A stretch of 64,000 nt of DNA from Pavona decussata (Eukaryota). The stretch spans positions 124,001-188,000 of the forward strand of contig CDRNST010000028.1 in NCBI GenBank assembly GCA_977016875.1. The letters run 5' to 3'. This document shows positions 48,731 through 61,822 of the stretch, piece after piece. Positions within the stretch are counted from its first letter, which is position 1. Each line of letters starts with the position of its first letter. The notes under the pieces are model-generated. The model was not told where the DNA came from. It saw only the letters and a program-made list of their open reading frames with translations, and did not search any database. Both the position numbers and the translations under genes were made by a program.

Positions 48731-50766
48731 CTTCTCAACCAAGTTTCCTTGCGTTAGGTTTAAAATTAGTTTTACGCCGTCAAAATTCTGAGTCTTCCTT
48801 TCAGACCTGCTGTATTCTTCCACTTTAGGAAACTGCCGGGTAAGCCAGTAAACACCACGTGGTAACCCGCAGCAAGGCTAAAACAACTGAAGAGGCTTAG
48901 CAAAATGGTTAAACAAAACTACACCCCCCCCCCCTCCCCCCGTCCCGTTACTTAAAGAAACAGAGTATTATGTATAGTTTGCTTGTTTTTACTTTAAATA
49001 ATTTTTTGGATATCCTTTGGTGCTGATCTTAGCACTCTCGTTCCCTTTTAAAGCTGCCATCCCCAATTCTTTATAAGGTTCAATATAAAAACATTGAAAA
49101 AACAAGCGACTCGTAGAACATAAGGATACCGTTTGCATTTACCTCGAACACAGCTGTGTTTACTAGTATGTTTGATTCTGACAAGGCCCTGTTTATCTAT
49201 CTCGAAACTGACTCGTTTCCCTTGAATGTTATAAAAGTACAGGAGTAATTTACTTTGGCCCACCTGGATTTCTCACTATTTCGAATAATTAATGCCCATG
49301 TAAATTCGAAACTTTAACATCCCTCTGCTCAGGGTTTCCTCCAGGGCATTTCAAAATTAGCGCTTTCTCAAACTTCCGCAACGCTACAACTCTAGTAATT
49401 TTCGTTTTCGGAGAGGAAAAGTCATCCGTAATACTACCAAAATTAGGCCTCCTAACATTTTCGGAAACCCAACAGCGGCTCGTAAATTCGGGGAATAACA
49501 TTCCTTTCCCTAAGATTTTCGGCAACTGATTAAATTTTAATTTCAGCTGAAGAATCAGACCATATACTCGGAGACCCATGGGCAGATTAAGTTTTGTCAG
49601 GAGGAAGTCAAAACTGTAAACTTACCCGCTTTGACTTCCTCTTGACACAACCATCTGCCTCTGGGTCTCCGAGGATAGAATTCGAGCCCATTAAACCGTG
49701 TTATTTTACACAAATTCCCCTTTTAAAAGGATATAAAATGAAATGGAAATGCAGGAATCCCTTCAATTTCCCCCTTTACGACCTTCCAGCTTATTCCCAA
49801 AAAGTTTATTTTCTGCGGCTCTTGTTTTTCTCTTCTTATATCTTAAAATCGTTGACAGAAATATTTGGCCTGTAATAGACCAATCTCGATATATTAAAAA
49901 TCATACTTGGCTACGAGCTAAGAGGTGCAAAACAACAGAAATTAACTTCAGAGGCTCAGAGATAAATAATTCTGTTTTTCGTTTATTATTCCCCTAAGCC
50001 TCGAAGCCAAGCTAGAATTTTAATATATCCAAATTGCTTTATGAACAAAAGGTAATTGATTCATCGTCTGCTCAGCTCAAAAGAAGCGTAAGAGTCGCTC
50101 GAGGCGACGCCTTGAGCGACTCTAGCTTCTCGAGTGCTTAGTAAAACATCCCAAGTGCATTTACAACTCAATAGTGCACGCTGATCGCATGAGCTATCTA
50201 CCATTTGTCCTATAACATATAATAAATCAGAAACTTCAAAGTTCTCTTCCCCCTCCCCCTCCCGGGGCAGTCGCGGGTAATCACATTCCGTCGCCCTAAA
50301 ATTTCCAGCAAATGTTTTGAAAATTTTCAGCTAAAGAATCCGAACAACTGACTAACTAGCTAACTGTGTAAGCTTGCACCAATTTGCTTTTAAAGGCCAT
50401 AAAATAATGTAAGAATAGTGGTAATGTTTAAATATAGAAGGTGGGCTGGCACTAAAGCTTGAGCAAAGCAATTGATTAATCATTAAAAAAGGAAAAGAAT
50501 AAATAAATAAATGATTAAATAAATACCAGTTGAAAACTCATGAACAGTAAGACTGTAAGATGTTTAACTTGACTTTTGTTTTGAAACGTTTTGAGTGGTT
50601 GACAATTTTACCTGAAACCGTTCAATTATTTTGCAAAAAGAATGACTGTTTATGTCATAATTATTATAACAGGAAAGGCCCACAAATAATCGAAAATTTT
50701 CAGCTGAAGAATCCGAACAACTGACTAACTAGCTCATTGTGTAAGCTTACACAAATTTGCTTTTAA

Positions 50767-51764
50767 CCCATTTCATCCCATGCAACAAGACATATTTGCG
50801 ACGAAAACACCGTTCTCAGTTGCTTCTATGAATTGCTCCTTGTTAAACTTAAGCTACAACGTCATGATAATGTGTGAATGGCACCAGCTGATGTATACTG
50901 CCATCATCAAACCCAGCAAACCGACTACACCTCCCGATTTTCGCTGCATATCACCGTTCGTTTGGCAACAAAGTCCTAAATTCCAATTTTTCGGCTAAAT
51001 AATAACACGAAAAATTACACGTATTTATCATCAATTTTTAATCCAAATAATTTGTTCAAAAAGGAAAACTCTACATTTACAGCAAACCTCAAGGTCAGAC
51101 CTTGGTATCTGACTTGAAGTTTTCCTCTCAACGCTTTCGGAGGGCTATACTTCAGCCATTTTATCAGACCCAGCCTTGCGTATCTCACGTTGCCTCGTTT
51201 ACACCCGAAAAGAATTCTGGGTAATTCAGCCATAGCGCGGGCGTATAACTCCTGCTCTTTCCATTTCATAGTTTTTTATATAAGTGTCGAGCAACCCAGT
51301 ACTACCAGCAAAATTTCGAATCCATTGAATATTTTACTACTCCAAACTCGCCTAAATTGCCTTGGTAGGTCCTGGAATCCAGCCACAACTGAACGGCCAG
51401 AGAGACAACTTCACTCGTTGGCCTCCATGTCTGCTATACAGCATGTTTGGCGACTCAGTCAGCATGAAACCACCTCTCACCTCTGTTTTCTTTCAGAGGA
51501 TTGCCTCTACCCACATTCCAGCTTAATGATACCAGAATGGTGGCTTCTGCAGAGGAAAATAGCTCGAAAAATACTTATAAAGCGATGATTTTACCAGATT
51601 CGTGCTTGTGCACTCGCTTGAACAAACAACAACCGTCACTTGCATCACGTGACAATTTAGCCTGAGCCCACAGTTTCCTTAGACCGCAGATATTTTTATT
51701 TCATCTCCATTTATGGAGAAATTAAGTGGTTCAGACTATTTATTGCCAAAAAGTCATTAAAGGA
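50767..51764. mobile_element. ~1-kb TTAA insertion, piggyBac-like ends (CCC..GGA), non-coding
   Basis: tttgctt-ttaa|ccc...agga|ttaa-aggccataaaat; empty paralog tttgcttttaaaggccataaaat at ~50383. Confidence 0.8.
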
Positions 51765-51899
51765 TTAAAGGCCATAAAATAATGTAGGAATAGTGGTAAA
51801 CAGGCAACAGCTTAAACTATTTTAATTTAATGTTCTTGTCGGGTGCCCCTCAATCTCCCTCCTTTTTATGGACGGTGCCTACTTTTGTTTCTTAGCATA

Positions 51900-52480
51900 C
51901 GTTCTACGTAATATTTATTGTTCGGATGGCAAACTAATACATTGTTTGACTCTCTGAGTGCATGATTTTAAATTAATTGGCTGAAAATATTAACGATTAG
52001 ATTGCCTAAAACTTAAAATTCGTTATGACTGAACTTTAAAGAGTTTATGTCAAGGTAATTCCTTAGTTTTATGAAATATTTATTGTTTTGCTGTCAAACT
52101 AATACATTGTTTGACTATCCAAGTGATTTTAAATTGGTTGAAGATATTAACGATTAAATTGCCTAAAACACAAATTCGTTATGACTGAAATTCAAGAGTT
52201 TATGTCCAGGTAATTCCTTACTTTTATGAAATATTTATCGTTTTGCTGTCAAACTAATACATTGTTTGACTATCTGAAGGATTTTAAATTGGTTGAAAAT
52301 ATTAACGATTAGATTGCCTAAAATGCAAATTCGTTATGACTGAACTTTAAGAGTTTATGTCAAGATACCAACTCCTAAGATATACATGATATTTATTGTT
52401 TTGCTGTCAAACTAATACACTGTTTGGCTATCTGAGTGAATTAAATTGGTTGAAAAATATTAATGATTGATTGGATTGCA
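51900..52480. repeat. Tandem repeat, ~4 units of ~155-165 bp
   Basis: atatttattgttttgctgtcaaactaatac recurs at ~51911, 52076, 52231 and 52390. Confidence 0.85.
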
Positions 52481-53061
52481 TTGAAATTTTGAAAATATTA
52501 ATTTAACATTCGTTGCCAGATGGGACTATAACGTGGCCCGTCCTTGGCGCCTGACTGGGCCTCTCCGAGATAATATACCAGATAAACTGTATAGGGAATT
52601 GTAACTTAAGATTTAATTAATGGAAAAATGTTTTCCAAATAACAAAGATATTGTTACATAAGAGATAAGATGAAACGTGACTTACAACTTAAGATAATAC
52701 ACGTGAATCGGCATGAAACATAAAAATCCTATTTGTGCCAAATGTTCCATTAATTTACTGATCTATTTTTCTCATATTATGGAGGTGGTTGTTAATTAAC
52801 TTTTAATAGGTTCCATTTTGTCTGCCAACATGACGTGACATCAACTTTCAAGTTCTTGAATCATATGTACCTTTACCTAGCTCAATCAGTCATATTGCAA
52901 AATTTTATTTAAAATAATGCAATAAAACGTTGGTTGTGGAGGTTAGGCAAATCAAATTTTTACATCAACAGTATTAAACATGTACGAACGCATCTTAAAT
53001 AATATGATAAAATAAAAATTACGTTTGCAAACTAACCCATCCACGAACGTGGTCAAATCAT

Positions 53062-53955
53062 TTAGTTTTCTTCAATGACAACGTTTTTACAAGTTATCTT
53101 TCTTACTTCCTTTATAACTGCTACTCGTAGTTCACGAAGACGCCAGCAGTACAGAAATGGATTTATCGACGAATTAGCAAATACCAAAGTTACTGTAAAT
53201 GACCACGCTTTCGGCACTAACTTGGTTTTAGCAACATCAATCTCACTGTAATAAATTCTACAAATGAACCAAGGTAAATAACAAAGCAACGTGCAAATGA
53301 AAAATATAAAAGTGTTAACAGCAGTGCGCTTTAATGACAACACTCTCAAATGATGTTCAGTGTCCATTTGCACTGCCTGTTGTTGAGTATGAATAAGCAA
53401 CTGATGCCGACGAACAACTCGATAAACACCAGTGTACGAAATGCTGCCAGCGATAGTGTAAAGGATGATAAACACATAGACAGCATAAAAATTTGAAGAG
53501 ATATTAAGAAGTCTAAGAGTCGAGATGAGAACATGAAAGAGCCAAATAATAATGATAGTAAAAACAACACGACATGTAGTAACTATATTGTTATAAGTCA
53601 TGTGATATTGAAGGGCCAAATATCGATCCACGCTTATCACGGCCATTGTAGACAGAGAAATTCCACATAACACAGTCGCCATTGTTCCTGATAAACGTAC
53701 GAGGAAGTCAGATAAGGAAAATTGTCTGGCGATATACAGTGGTTGTACTATTAGGCCAACAGCAACATCTGAGACAGCGAGACAAGACAGTAAAATAATG
53801 GAAGGCGACCGAAGGGAAGAATTAGTAAAGATGGCTGCTAATACAAAGCTATTGCTAATAATGGAAGTCAACATCAATGGAACATTGAAAGCACAGGTAA
53901 CAATGGCGGTCAGAAACGAAGCATTAGTTGCGTTTTCATGTACTGATCCGTTCAT
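53062..53955 (-). CDS. Single-exon class A GPCR, expanded subfamily
   Basis: ATG at 53955; LAVSD, DRY, CYLP, NPFLY. Confidence 0.95.
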   Translation of the reverse strand: MNGSVHENATNASFLTAIVTCAFNVPLMLTSIISNSFVLAAIFTNSSLRSPSIILLSCLAVSDVAVGLIVQPLYIARQFSLSDFLVRLSGTMATVLCGISLSTMAVISVDRYLALQYHMTYNNIVTTCRVVFTIIIIWLFHVLISTLRLLNISSNFYAVYVFIILYTIAGSISYTGVYRVVRRHQLLIHTQQQAVQMDTEHHLRVLSLKRTAVNTFIFFICTLLCYLPWFICRIYYSEIDVAKTKLVPKAWSFTVTLVFANSSINPFLYCWRLRELRVAVIKEVRKITCKNVVIEEN

Positions 53956-54108
53956 TTTCTGAATATTCTTCAAACAAGTTTAATTCCGTTAGGTTTGAAT
54001 TAGTTGAACGCAGTCAAAATTCTGAGAGTTCCTTTCAGACTTGCTGTATTCTTCGACTTTAGGAAAGCCGAGTAAGCCAGTAAACACCAAGTGCTTACGA
54101 AACGATTT

Positions 54109-54662
54109 CGTAATGACCGCAACAACAATCAAACGTTCCACATTTTGAGTTCGTTTAATACAATAAAGTCATGAAGAAAAACGGCAAAACAACCAAACGG
54201 CGAAAACGCCCAAACGGAGAAAACGGAGCAAACGATGTAAACGAAGTAAACGATTCAACTGAAAAATAACAAGCAAAATACACGGGTGTTACATAAACTA
54301 ATTAACAACAAAATAAACGGAACGAAGTCTACAACGACAGAAACGAAAATAGCAAATACTTACAAACTATGGAACGGCTAGGAACATAAGAGATGAAAAT
54401 TCGCCGAGAACAGCAAAAAATATTAAATACACCGAGAATAGCGTACGTCTACGACTCGCCGAAACAGCGCAGAACTAGTCGCAAAAAAGAGGCCGACAAC
54501 AGTTAAACAGGACTATTTATGGGAGAAATGTGTGGCAAACGCTAAAGGGTGCTAATGAGTAGAATAGGCGCGCCAGAACGGCGTAAATTAAGCGCAATGA
54601 AAATGCAATTGGCAACGCTAAAGTCGCGGTGTTCATTGCCCATTGACAGATTACTTGCTACA
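54109..54662 (-). repeat. 3' LTR of the BEL/Pao element
   Basis: Direct repeat of 60893-61482, lacking 9-bp and 27-bp segments. Confidence 0.93.
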
Positions 54663-54816
54663 TTTCCGGCCCCTGAACTTTAAGGAAAGTTCACAAATAA
54701 ATTCACTGAGCAACTAGAAGACCTAATACTGTAAATAGGTTCCCAAAAATGTTCCTTAAAAATGTTCAACAAAGAGTCATGAAACTTAAATCATCCAAGT
54801 TCAATGTTCAGTCATT

Positions 54817-57800
54817 TCACGGTAGTACTCCACTCTCGAGGAGACACAGTTTAGTAATAGGTCTTGATAAAATGGTAGACCTCGTTGCAACCTTGGCAGA
54901 TCTTATGAATCCATCCTTTCCTGGGTGGACTTCAACGATACGCCCCAAAGGCCATTGACCTCGGTGAACTCTCTCGTCTGCAATAAGTACAAGATCACCA
55001 ACAGCAAACTTCCGACGTGGGTTGATCCATTTCTGTCGTTCTTGTAGAGAGGGCAAGTATTCTGCTAGCCATCTCTTCCAAAAGACATCAGTGAGGTACT
55101 GGACTTGTTTCCAGCGAATCCGACAATACAAATCTCCTTCACGAACACACCAGGAGGCAAATTAAGATTTGATCTCTGAAGAAGCAGGCGATTCGGAGTC
55201 AAAGGTTCTAGATCAGTGGGGTTGTCACTGTTAGGAGTTAACGGGCGGCTGTTAAGGATCCCTTCGATTTCGGCCATCAGGGAAGGCAGGGTTTCTCCAG
55301 AAATCAGTTGTTCACGTAGGAGACTTCTGAGGATCTTTCGTATGGAGCGTATGACTCGTTCCCATACCCCTCCCATGTGAGAGGCCCCACGGGGGTTGAA
55401 TTTCCATTCGATATTCCTCTGGCGAAGGAAGGTCTTCGTTTTCTTCTGGTTCCAATTCTCTAACGCTTCCTTTAACTCTCTTTCTGCACCGCGAAGGTTG
55501 GTTCCATTGTCGCTTCTTGCAACCTTGGGGTTTCCTTTTCGGCTGATAAACCTTCGTAAGGCATTAATAAGTGAAACTGTCTGGAGAGACTCGGTTACTA
55601 CAATATGGGTGGCCCTCATCGTAAGACACGAGAAAAGACATCCGTAATGTTTCACGGTACTTCTTCCCTGCTTTACGTACAGCGGACCAAAAAAGTCGAT
55701 GCCCACATTGGAAAATGGTGGCTCCCCAGGAATCAATCTATCTGCGGGAAGATTTGCCATAACTTGCTGGCCACGAACTGCATTTTGCTTTCGACACGTT
55801 AAACAACCACCCAGCACTTTACGAACGGCTGCTCGTCCTTTGACGATCCAGTATTTCTGCCGCAAACGCGAGAGAACATATTCTTGTCCAAAATGGCCGA
55901 CGGACTTGTGATGTTCCATAATGAGCAATTTGGAAATGTGATGATTGTGTGGCAACAACAATTGGTGTTTTGACTCGTAGGCCAGTGGTGCGTTCTCAAG
56001 TCTTCCGCCAACCCTTAACATCCCTTCCTTGTCAAGAAATGGCTTCAACTTGTAAATAGAACCAAGCGAACCGGTATTCCTCAGCATAACTTTCTCTTGC
56101 CTTGTAGACTTTGCACTTCGGAGGACATCAATTACCTCAGGAAAGGACACTTTCTGCACGTAGCTTATGATCGACCTCTCAGCGGACTTCAAATTCTCCA
56201 GGGATAATTCTCCAGGCGGATGCGGAACATCGAGCTCAACCGTGGGGTCCCCCTTGAAATGGAGTTTCCTCTGGATGTAATCCTTGAATTGCAAGATCCA
56301 GGCCACCCTCTTCTTAAGGGCATACCACGAGGAATATCGCTGAATCATCAGGTCTAATATGCACACGTCTGTCACCTTGGTTACTTGATTCGCTTGAACT
56401 TGTCTTTTAATCTCCGGATCTTGATCCGAAAATGGTGCCAAAGGATCTGGGAAGATTGGCCAAGATGTTTGTTCACTCCACAGGAATTTAGATCCTTGAT
56501 ACCATCTGTCCTGACTTAGCAGTCTTTCAACAGTCAACCCCCTACTTGCATCATCAGCAGGGTTACTGTTTGAATCCAAAAAGTTCCATTTAGAAGGCTT
56601 CGAACCATCATGAATAACTGCTAATCGGTTCGCAACAAAGGTTTGGAATCTTTTGTTTTCGTTCCGGATGTACTGGAGCACTGCTGTAGAGTCCGTCCAA
56701 AGGACTGATCTGTCGATGCTTATTTATAATTCTTCTCTCAACGTTCGGTCCAGTCTGACTGCAAGTACTGCTGCTGATAGTTCGAGCTTAGGTACGGTCA
56801 TGGGCTTGACATGAGCCAAACGTGTTTTCGCTGTAACGAAACTGCAGTGGATCTCTTTGGCTTCGTTGATGAATCTCAAGTACGAAACCGCACCGTACGC
56901 CATCTGGGACGCATACGCGAAGTGGTGGATCTCTGTAACTGTTGGAGAACCAAAATATATCGGCTTAAAGCTGAGTGGAATCGCAATGTACGAGAGCTGT
57001 TGCAGTTCTGAAAGCCATCCGTTCCAGCGTAAGCTTTCGTCTTGGCCTATGTGCTCGTCCCAGTCATAGCCTTTCTTGCAAAGGTCTTGGATCAGCTTCT
57101 TCGCTAGAAGAATAAACGGTGCCAGAATACCAAGCGGGTCATATACAGAACTGTTTGCGGACAAAATGCCTCTGCGAGGTGGGGGCTTGTCTCTTGCAGT
57201 AATCTTGAGGGTTAGCGTATCTGCATTCACATTCCATTGGACCCCTAGGGTACGTTCAACCGGAAGGACCCCAGCATTCAAATCGAGGTCCAAGACTGAC
57301 GACGCTCTCTTGGACCTTGGGATACTATCCAAGACATCTTTGTCGTTGCATAACCATTTTGTCAACCTGAATCCTCCCTTGGACAGCAGTTCTGTGAGTT
57401 CCTTTCTCAAATTTCTGGCCACACTTGAAGACGCCACGGACTTTAAACAGTCGTCCACATAAAAATTCTTCAGTACAGTGCTGATAACCTCTGAGGAGAA
57501 ATCTCCACTCTGGTCTTGAGCAGTCTTTCTGAGGCTAAAGCTAGCGCAACTTGGTGAAGACGTACTCCCAAAGAGGTGTACCTCCATCCGATATTCGATT
57601 GGCTGCTTTGATAAATCATCATCAGGCAACCATAAAAATCTCAAGGCGTCATGATCTTTCGGATCTACTCTGACTTGGTGGAACATAGCTTCTATATCAG
57701 AAACCAGGGCCACCGATTCTTGGCGAAATCTTTCAAGTACCCCCAAAGATGTTATTGGTTAAATCTGGGCCATGCAACAGTTGGTCATTCAGGGAGACAC

Positions 57801-60800
57801 CTCGATAACGAGGGGCACAATCAAACACAACTCTGAGCTTGGCCTTGTGAGCATGCTAAACGGCGTGATGAGGCAGGTACCACAACGGTTTTCCCTTGGG
57901 GTGAAGCTGTTCTTCCGGAACTTTTCTAGCATAACCCTTGTTGATGTAGTCGTTAATGGATGCCTTGTACGATGCAAAGAACCCAGGCTCTCTCAAGAAT
58001 CTCTTCTTCAACGGATACAACCTTTGGTCAGCTGCAACGCGATTATTAGGGAGAAAGGGAGGTATGTGTCTCCAAGGAAGGGCCACTTGATAACGTCCTG
58101 ACACTTTCTGAACAGAATTCTCAATGATCCTAAGCGCCCTCTGATCTTCAATGGACATGGATACCTTGGAACTGGATATGGAATCCGCAAAATCATTCTT
58201 CCAAAATTGCTTCACTTGACGTAGTAAAGGATCTTCTTCACTCCCGACTTCCGATCTCACAAAGTTCATATGAAAAATGCTCTGTCGCTCAACTCTCTCG
58301 GCCGGTCCTATGAGAGTCCAACCTAACAGGGATCTGATAGCGACAGGCTCTCCTCTTCCGCCACGCCTTTCGTCCATCACCCAGAACGCTTCAGGAACGT
58401 CACATCCTATGAGCAACTTGACTTCCTTGCTTTTGAGCTCTGGGAATTCGATGTCACTTAGATGGGGCCAGGAGTTCACGTCTCCATGTTTAGGAATACT
58501 GCTTTCAGATATGTTTAGGTGGTCGACAGTCCAGGCTTTTGGTACATCCAGACTTAAGTCACCGCGAATTGATTCGATAGACAGCTGCACTTCTAGGCCA
58601 TTTTTCGGACTGTTCTTCATTTCTTGAGTCGTCAAGAAGAAGTTTCTTGGTTTTCCCTCTAACTCCAACTGCTCAACCAAACTTCTGTCGCACAGAGTCA
58701 CATCCGATCCGTTATCCAACAACGCGTAGGTTTCGATCACCTTGTCCTTTTCCACGTACTCTAACGGGGACGATCCTTAAACGTACTCTGTTGGCTGAAT
58801 TTCTCTTTGAATCGTGCTCGCCGGCCCCAATCACGTGATTCTGAGCAGCAATGATATCGGAACGGACGTTGTCGCTACCACTGGGATCTATTGCAGGATG
58901 ATCTGCTGCTTGGGAAGGCGAAGAGGCCGAGGGAGGACTTGGAGGATGTAGAACTGTCGTGTGCTTCATACTGCAGCCTTCGACGTAACAGCCACTTCTT
59001 AGCATACATCCCTCGGCCATGTGACCGACTTTAAAGCAATTCTCACAGAGCTTAGCGCCGTATTATCTTAATACGATCAACATACGACTTCCTCTTGAAT
59101 TGTTCACAGTTCCACAACTGATGCGTCCCGTTGCAAACGAGACATTTTCTTGGAGTGGAAGTAGTCTTGTCTTTGATAGGCAGTCTCTGCTCCTCCCTTA
59201 CTCTTTCATAACGTGGAGTAGTAGCTTCTAGATTTCTGGGACTTCCTTGAGTCGCAAGGGTAGTCATCTTCGTCGCTGTGCTTGGATGCCTCATACTGGG
59301 GTTACTTTCTCCTTTCCGTCATTTAGCGAAACTCAAAACACTGGATTATTGGCAACTCGAGCTTTAGTAGTGACAAACTGGGAAATATGACTGATTTTGG
59401 GTCGCTGCCCGGATTGCTGAATACTATCTGCAACCTCAAGCCACTTTGTCTTCAAGTGAAACGGGAGCCTATTAACAATTCGTCGCAGATTGTCGGCGCT
59501 ATTTATTTCCTCTAAGTATCCAATAGATTCCAGGCCATTCGTACAGTCTCTGAGCTTGTCTGCAAAAGCCAGCAATGCTCTCGAGTCATGGGGTCTCACT
59601 GGCGGTCCGTTGGTCACTTCATTCAAGTAGGCCGTAGCGACCTTAAATGGGTTTCCAAATCGATCTTCTAACAAGACTTTAGCGTTTTTGTAACCAAGAA
59701 GTGGATCCATTGAAACACAGCTCTTGATAGCGTTTCTTGCAGCCCCAGAACAATACTGAAGAAGAAACGATAACTTCTCACTTTCGTCTGTTGTATTTCT
59801 TCCTATGTTGCCCTCAAAGGTTCTAATAAAGTTCCAAAACTTAAGGGGATTTCCATCAAACTTGCTTAGTTCATGCTTAGGCAAGGCAAATCCTTGTCTT
59901 ATTATGTTTGCTGCTGAAGTTGTATTGTTCGTTGTTGCTGCCGCAATAACTCTTGAATCTTTTCGTCATGTGACGGAACGTCTTCGTGAGGTTTAGCAGC
60001 TGGAATACTAAGATGAGGAACTCCTTTCCACTCGGAAGCTGCAGGATTTAAGAAGACACGAGTGTCCGGGACGGTTTTCGTATCCTCAGAGTCACTGGAG
60101 AACGTATGCAAAGGAGGACGCTTATCGGGACAAGGTGATTCCTGTGGAGCCGATACCGGTGTCGGGTCACATCCCTTATCCCTCTCATGGCGGTAGAGTT
60201 GACTTTGACTGTCATCTTCTTCTAGGATATGGGCTTTAAGCGTCGCTCGCTCCAATTGGTTTTCTGCTTCTAGTAGCTCTCGTTCTCGATGTACAGCTGC
60301 AACTCCAGCTTTCTCCCGAGTTACGTAACTTGAGTTGGGCGATCGCTTTTTCCGCCTTCGCTACCTTGATTTTGACACTTAAGCGTGAAGAAGAGCTTCC
60401 ATCAGAAAGATGACTCTTATTGGCGGCTGATGGAGCGTTGTGTTGGCTGACAGAGTCACCTGGTTGAACGGCAGATGCCATCTGATCGGCTGTTGCAGAG
60501 GTTAGCCATTCTTTTATGCGCTCTCCAAACTCGTAATATTTCTGAAATTCGGCCTCGAAACTAGCAGACAACGCTTGTAACTCTTCAGGACTATCCGCGC
60601 CGTCAACACACGCGATATGTGCCCGTCAAATCTATCGAAGGCCGACTCAAAACTAGAAACCTCAGTTCAACGATTTTTAAATTTCCACTGTTCACTAGCA
60701 GCGGCTCGATTTCTTGACAAATTCTGGTCAAATGTCCTTTGTATGCTGCACACGATCTTTTCAAAGCGTGATATTCTTTACTTGTCGGGACTTCTGAGAA

Positions 60801-60851
60801 CGGTTCGTCAACGCCACGACCAATTTTTCCAGAACCAACATTAGCTTCCAT
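54817..60851 (-). pseudogene. BEL/Pao gag-pol, broken by several frameshifts and stops
   Basis: gag LSKFDGNP..; three Zn knuckles (CLVCNGTHQLWNC, CENCFKVGHMAEGC, CYVEGCSMKHTTVLH); protease LLDNGS; RT FYVDD; RNase H HHFAYAS (D lost) and WTDS; integrase GIDFFGP, SDNGT, GGVWER. Confidence 0.95.
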
Positions 60852-60892
60852 TGTTCACGGCACAGTTCAGTCAGCCATAGTTTTTGAATGAA

Positions 60893-61482
60893 TCTAATGA
60901 CCGCAACAACAATCAAACGTTCCACATTTTGAGTTCGTTTAATACAATAAAGTCATGAAGAAAAACGGCGAAACAACCAAACGGCGAAAACGCTCAAACG
61001 GAGAAAACGGAGAAAACGGAGCAAACGATGTAAACGAAATAAACATAGTAAACGGGGTAAACGAAGTAAACGATTCAACTGAAAAATAACAAGCAAAATA
61101 TACGGGTGTTACATAAGCTAATTAACAACAAAATAAACGGAACGAAGCCTACAACGACAGAAACGAAAATAGCAAATACTTACAAACTATGGAACGGCTA
61201 GAAACATAAGAGATGAAAATCTGCCGAGAACAGCAAATAATATTAAATATACCGAGAATAGCGTACGTCTACGACTCGCCGAAACAGCGCAGAACTAGTC
61301 GCAAAAAAGAGGCCGACAACAGTTAAACAGGACTATTTATGGGAGAAATGTGTAGCAAACGCTAAAGGGTGCTAATGAGTAGAATAGGCGCGCCAGAAGG
61401 GCGTAAATTAAGCGCAATGAAAATGCAATTGGCAACGCTAAAGTCGTGGTGTTGATTGCCCAATGACAGATTAGTTGCTACA
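60893..61482 (-). repeat. 5' LTR of the BEL/Pao element
   Basis: Direct repeat of 54109-54662; ends ..gctaca|gattt. Confidence 0.93.
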
Positions 61483-61822
61483 GATTTTCTTGCCGTAATA
61501 GTTTATTTTGTCTTCTGCAACAAATTTAATGTGATTAGCTGTGAAGTAATTCTTTGTCGCGATCGTTTAATTTGCGATAAGTAGGAAGTTGTAAAAACAA
61601 GCCGTCAAGAGATAAACAATATCAATAGAAAGCACCTGGTAGCTAGCAAATACATTATGCTCAAGTAGGTTATTACAAATGGAAATACAATAAGTAGTCA
61701 GCGACAATTTTCACCTGAAACTATTAAATTATCTTGCAAAAAAGAGTGACTGTTTATGTCATAAAGTTATTACAGGAAAGGCCCACAAATAATGGCGCCT
61801 AACTATGGTATAGCTTGTTTTT

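Larger units (their letters stand above)
54109..61482 (-). mobile_element. Full-length BEL/Pao LTR retrotransposon, inactivated
   Basis: Two LTRs; 5-bp TSD gattt; gag-PR-RT-RH-IN order; PPT-like aggggccggaaa before the 3' LTR; empty site aaacgattttct in paralogs. Confidence 0.96.
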
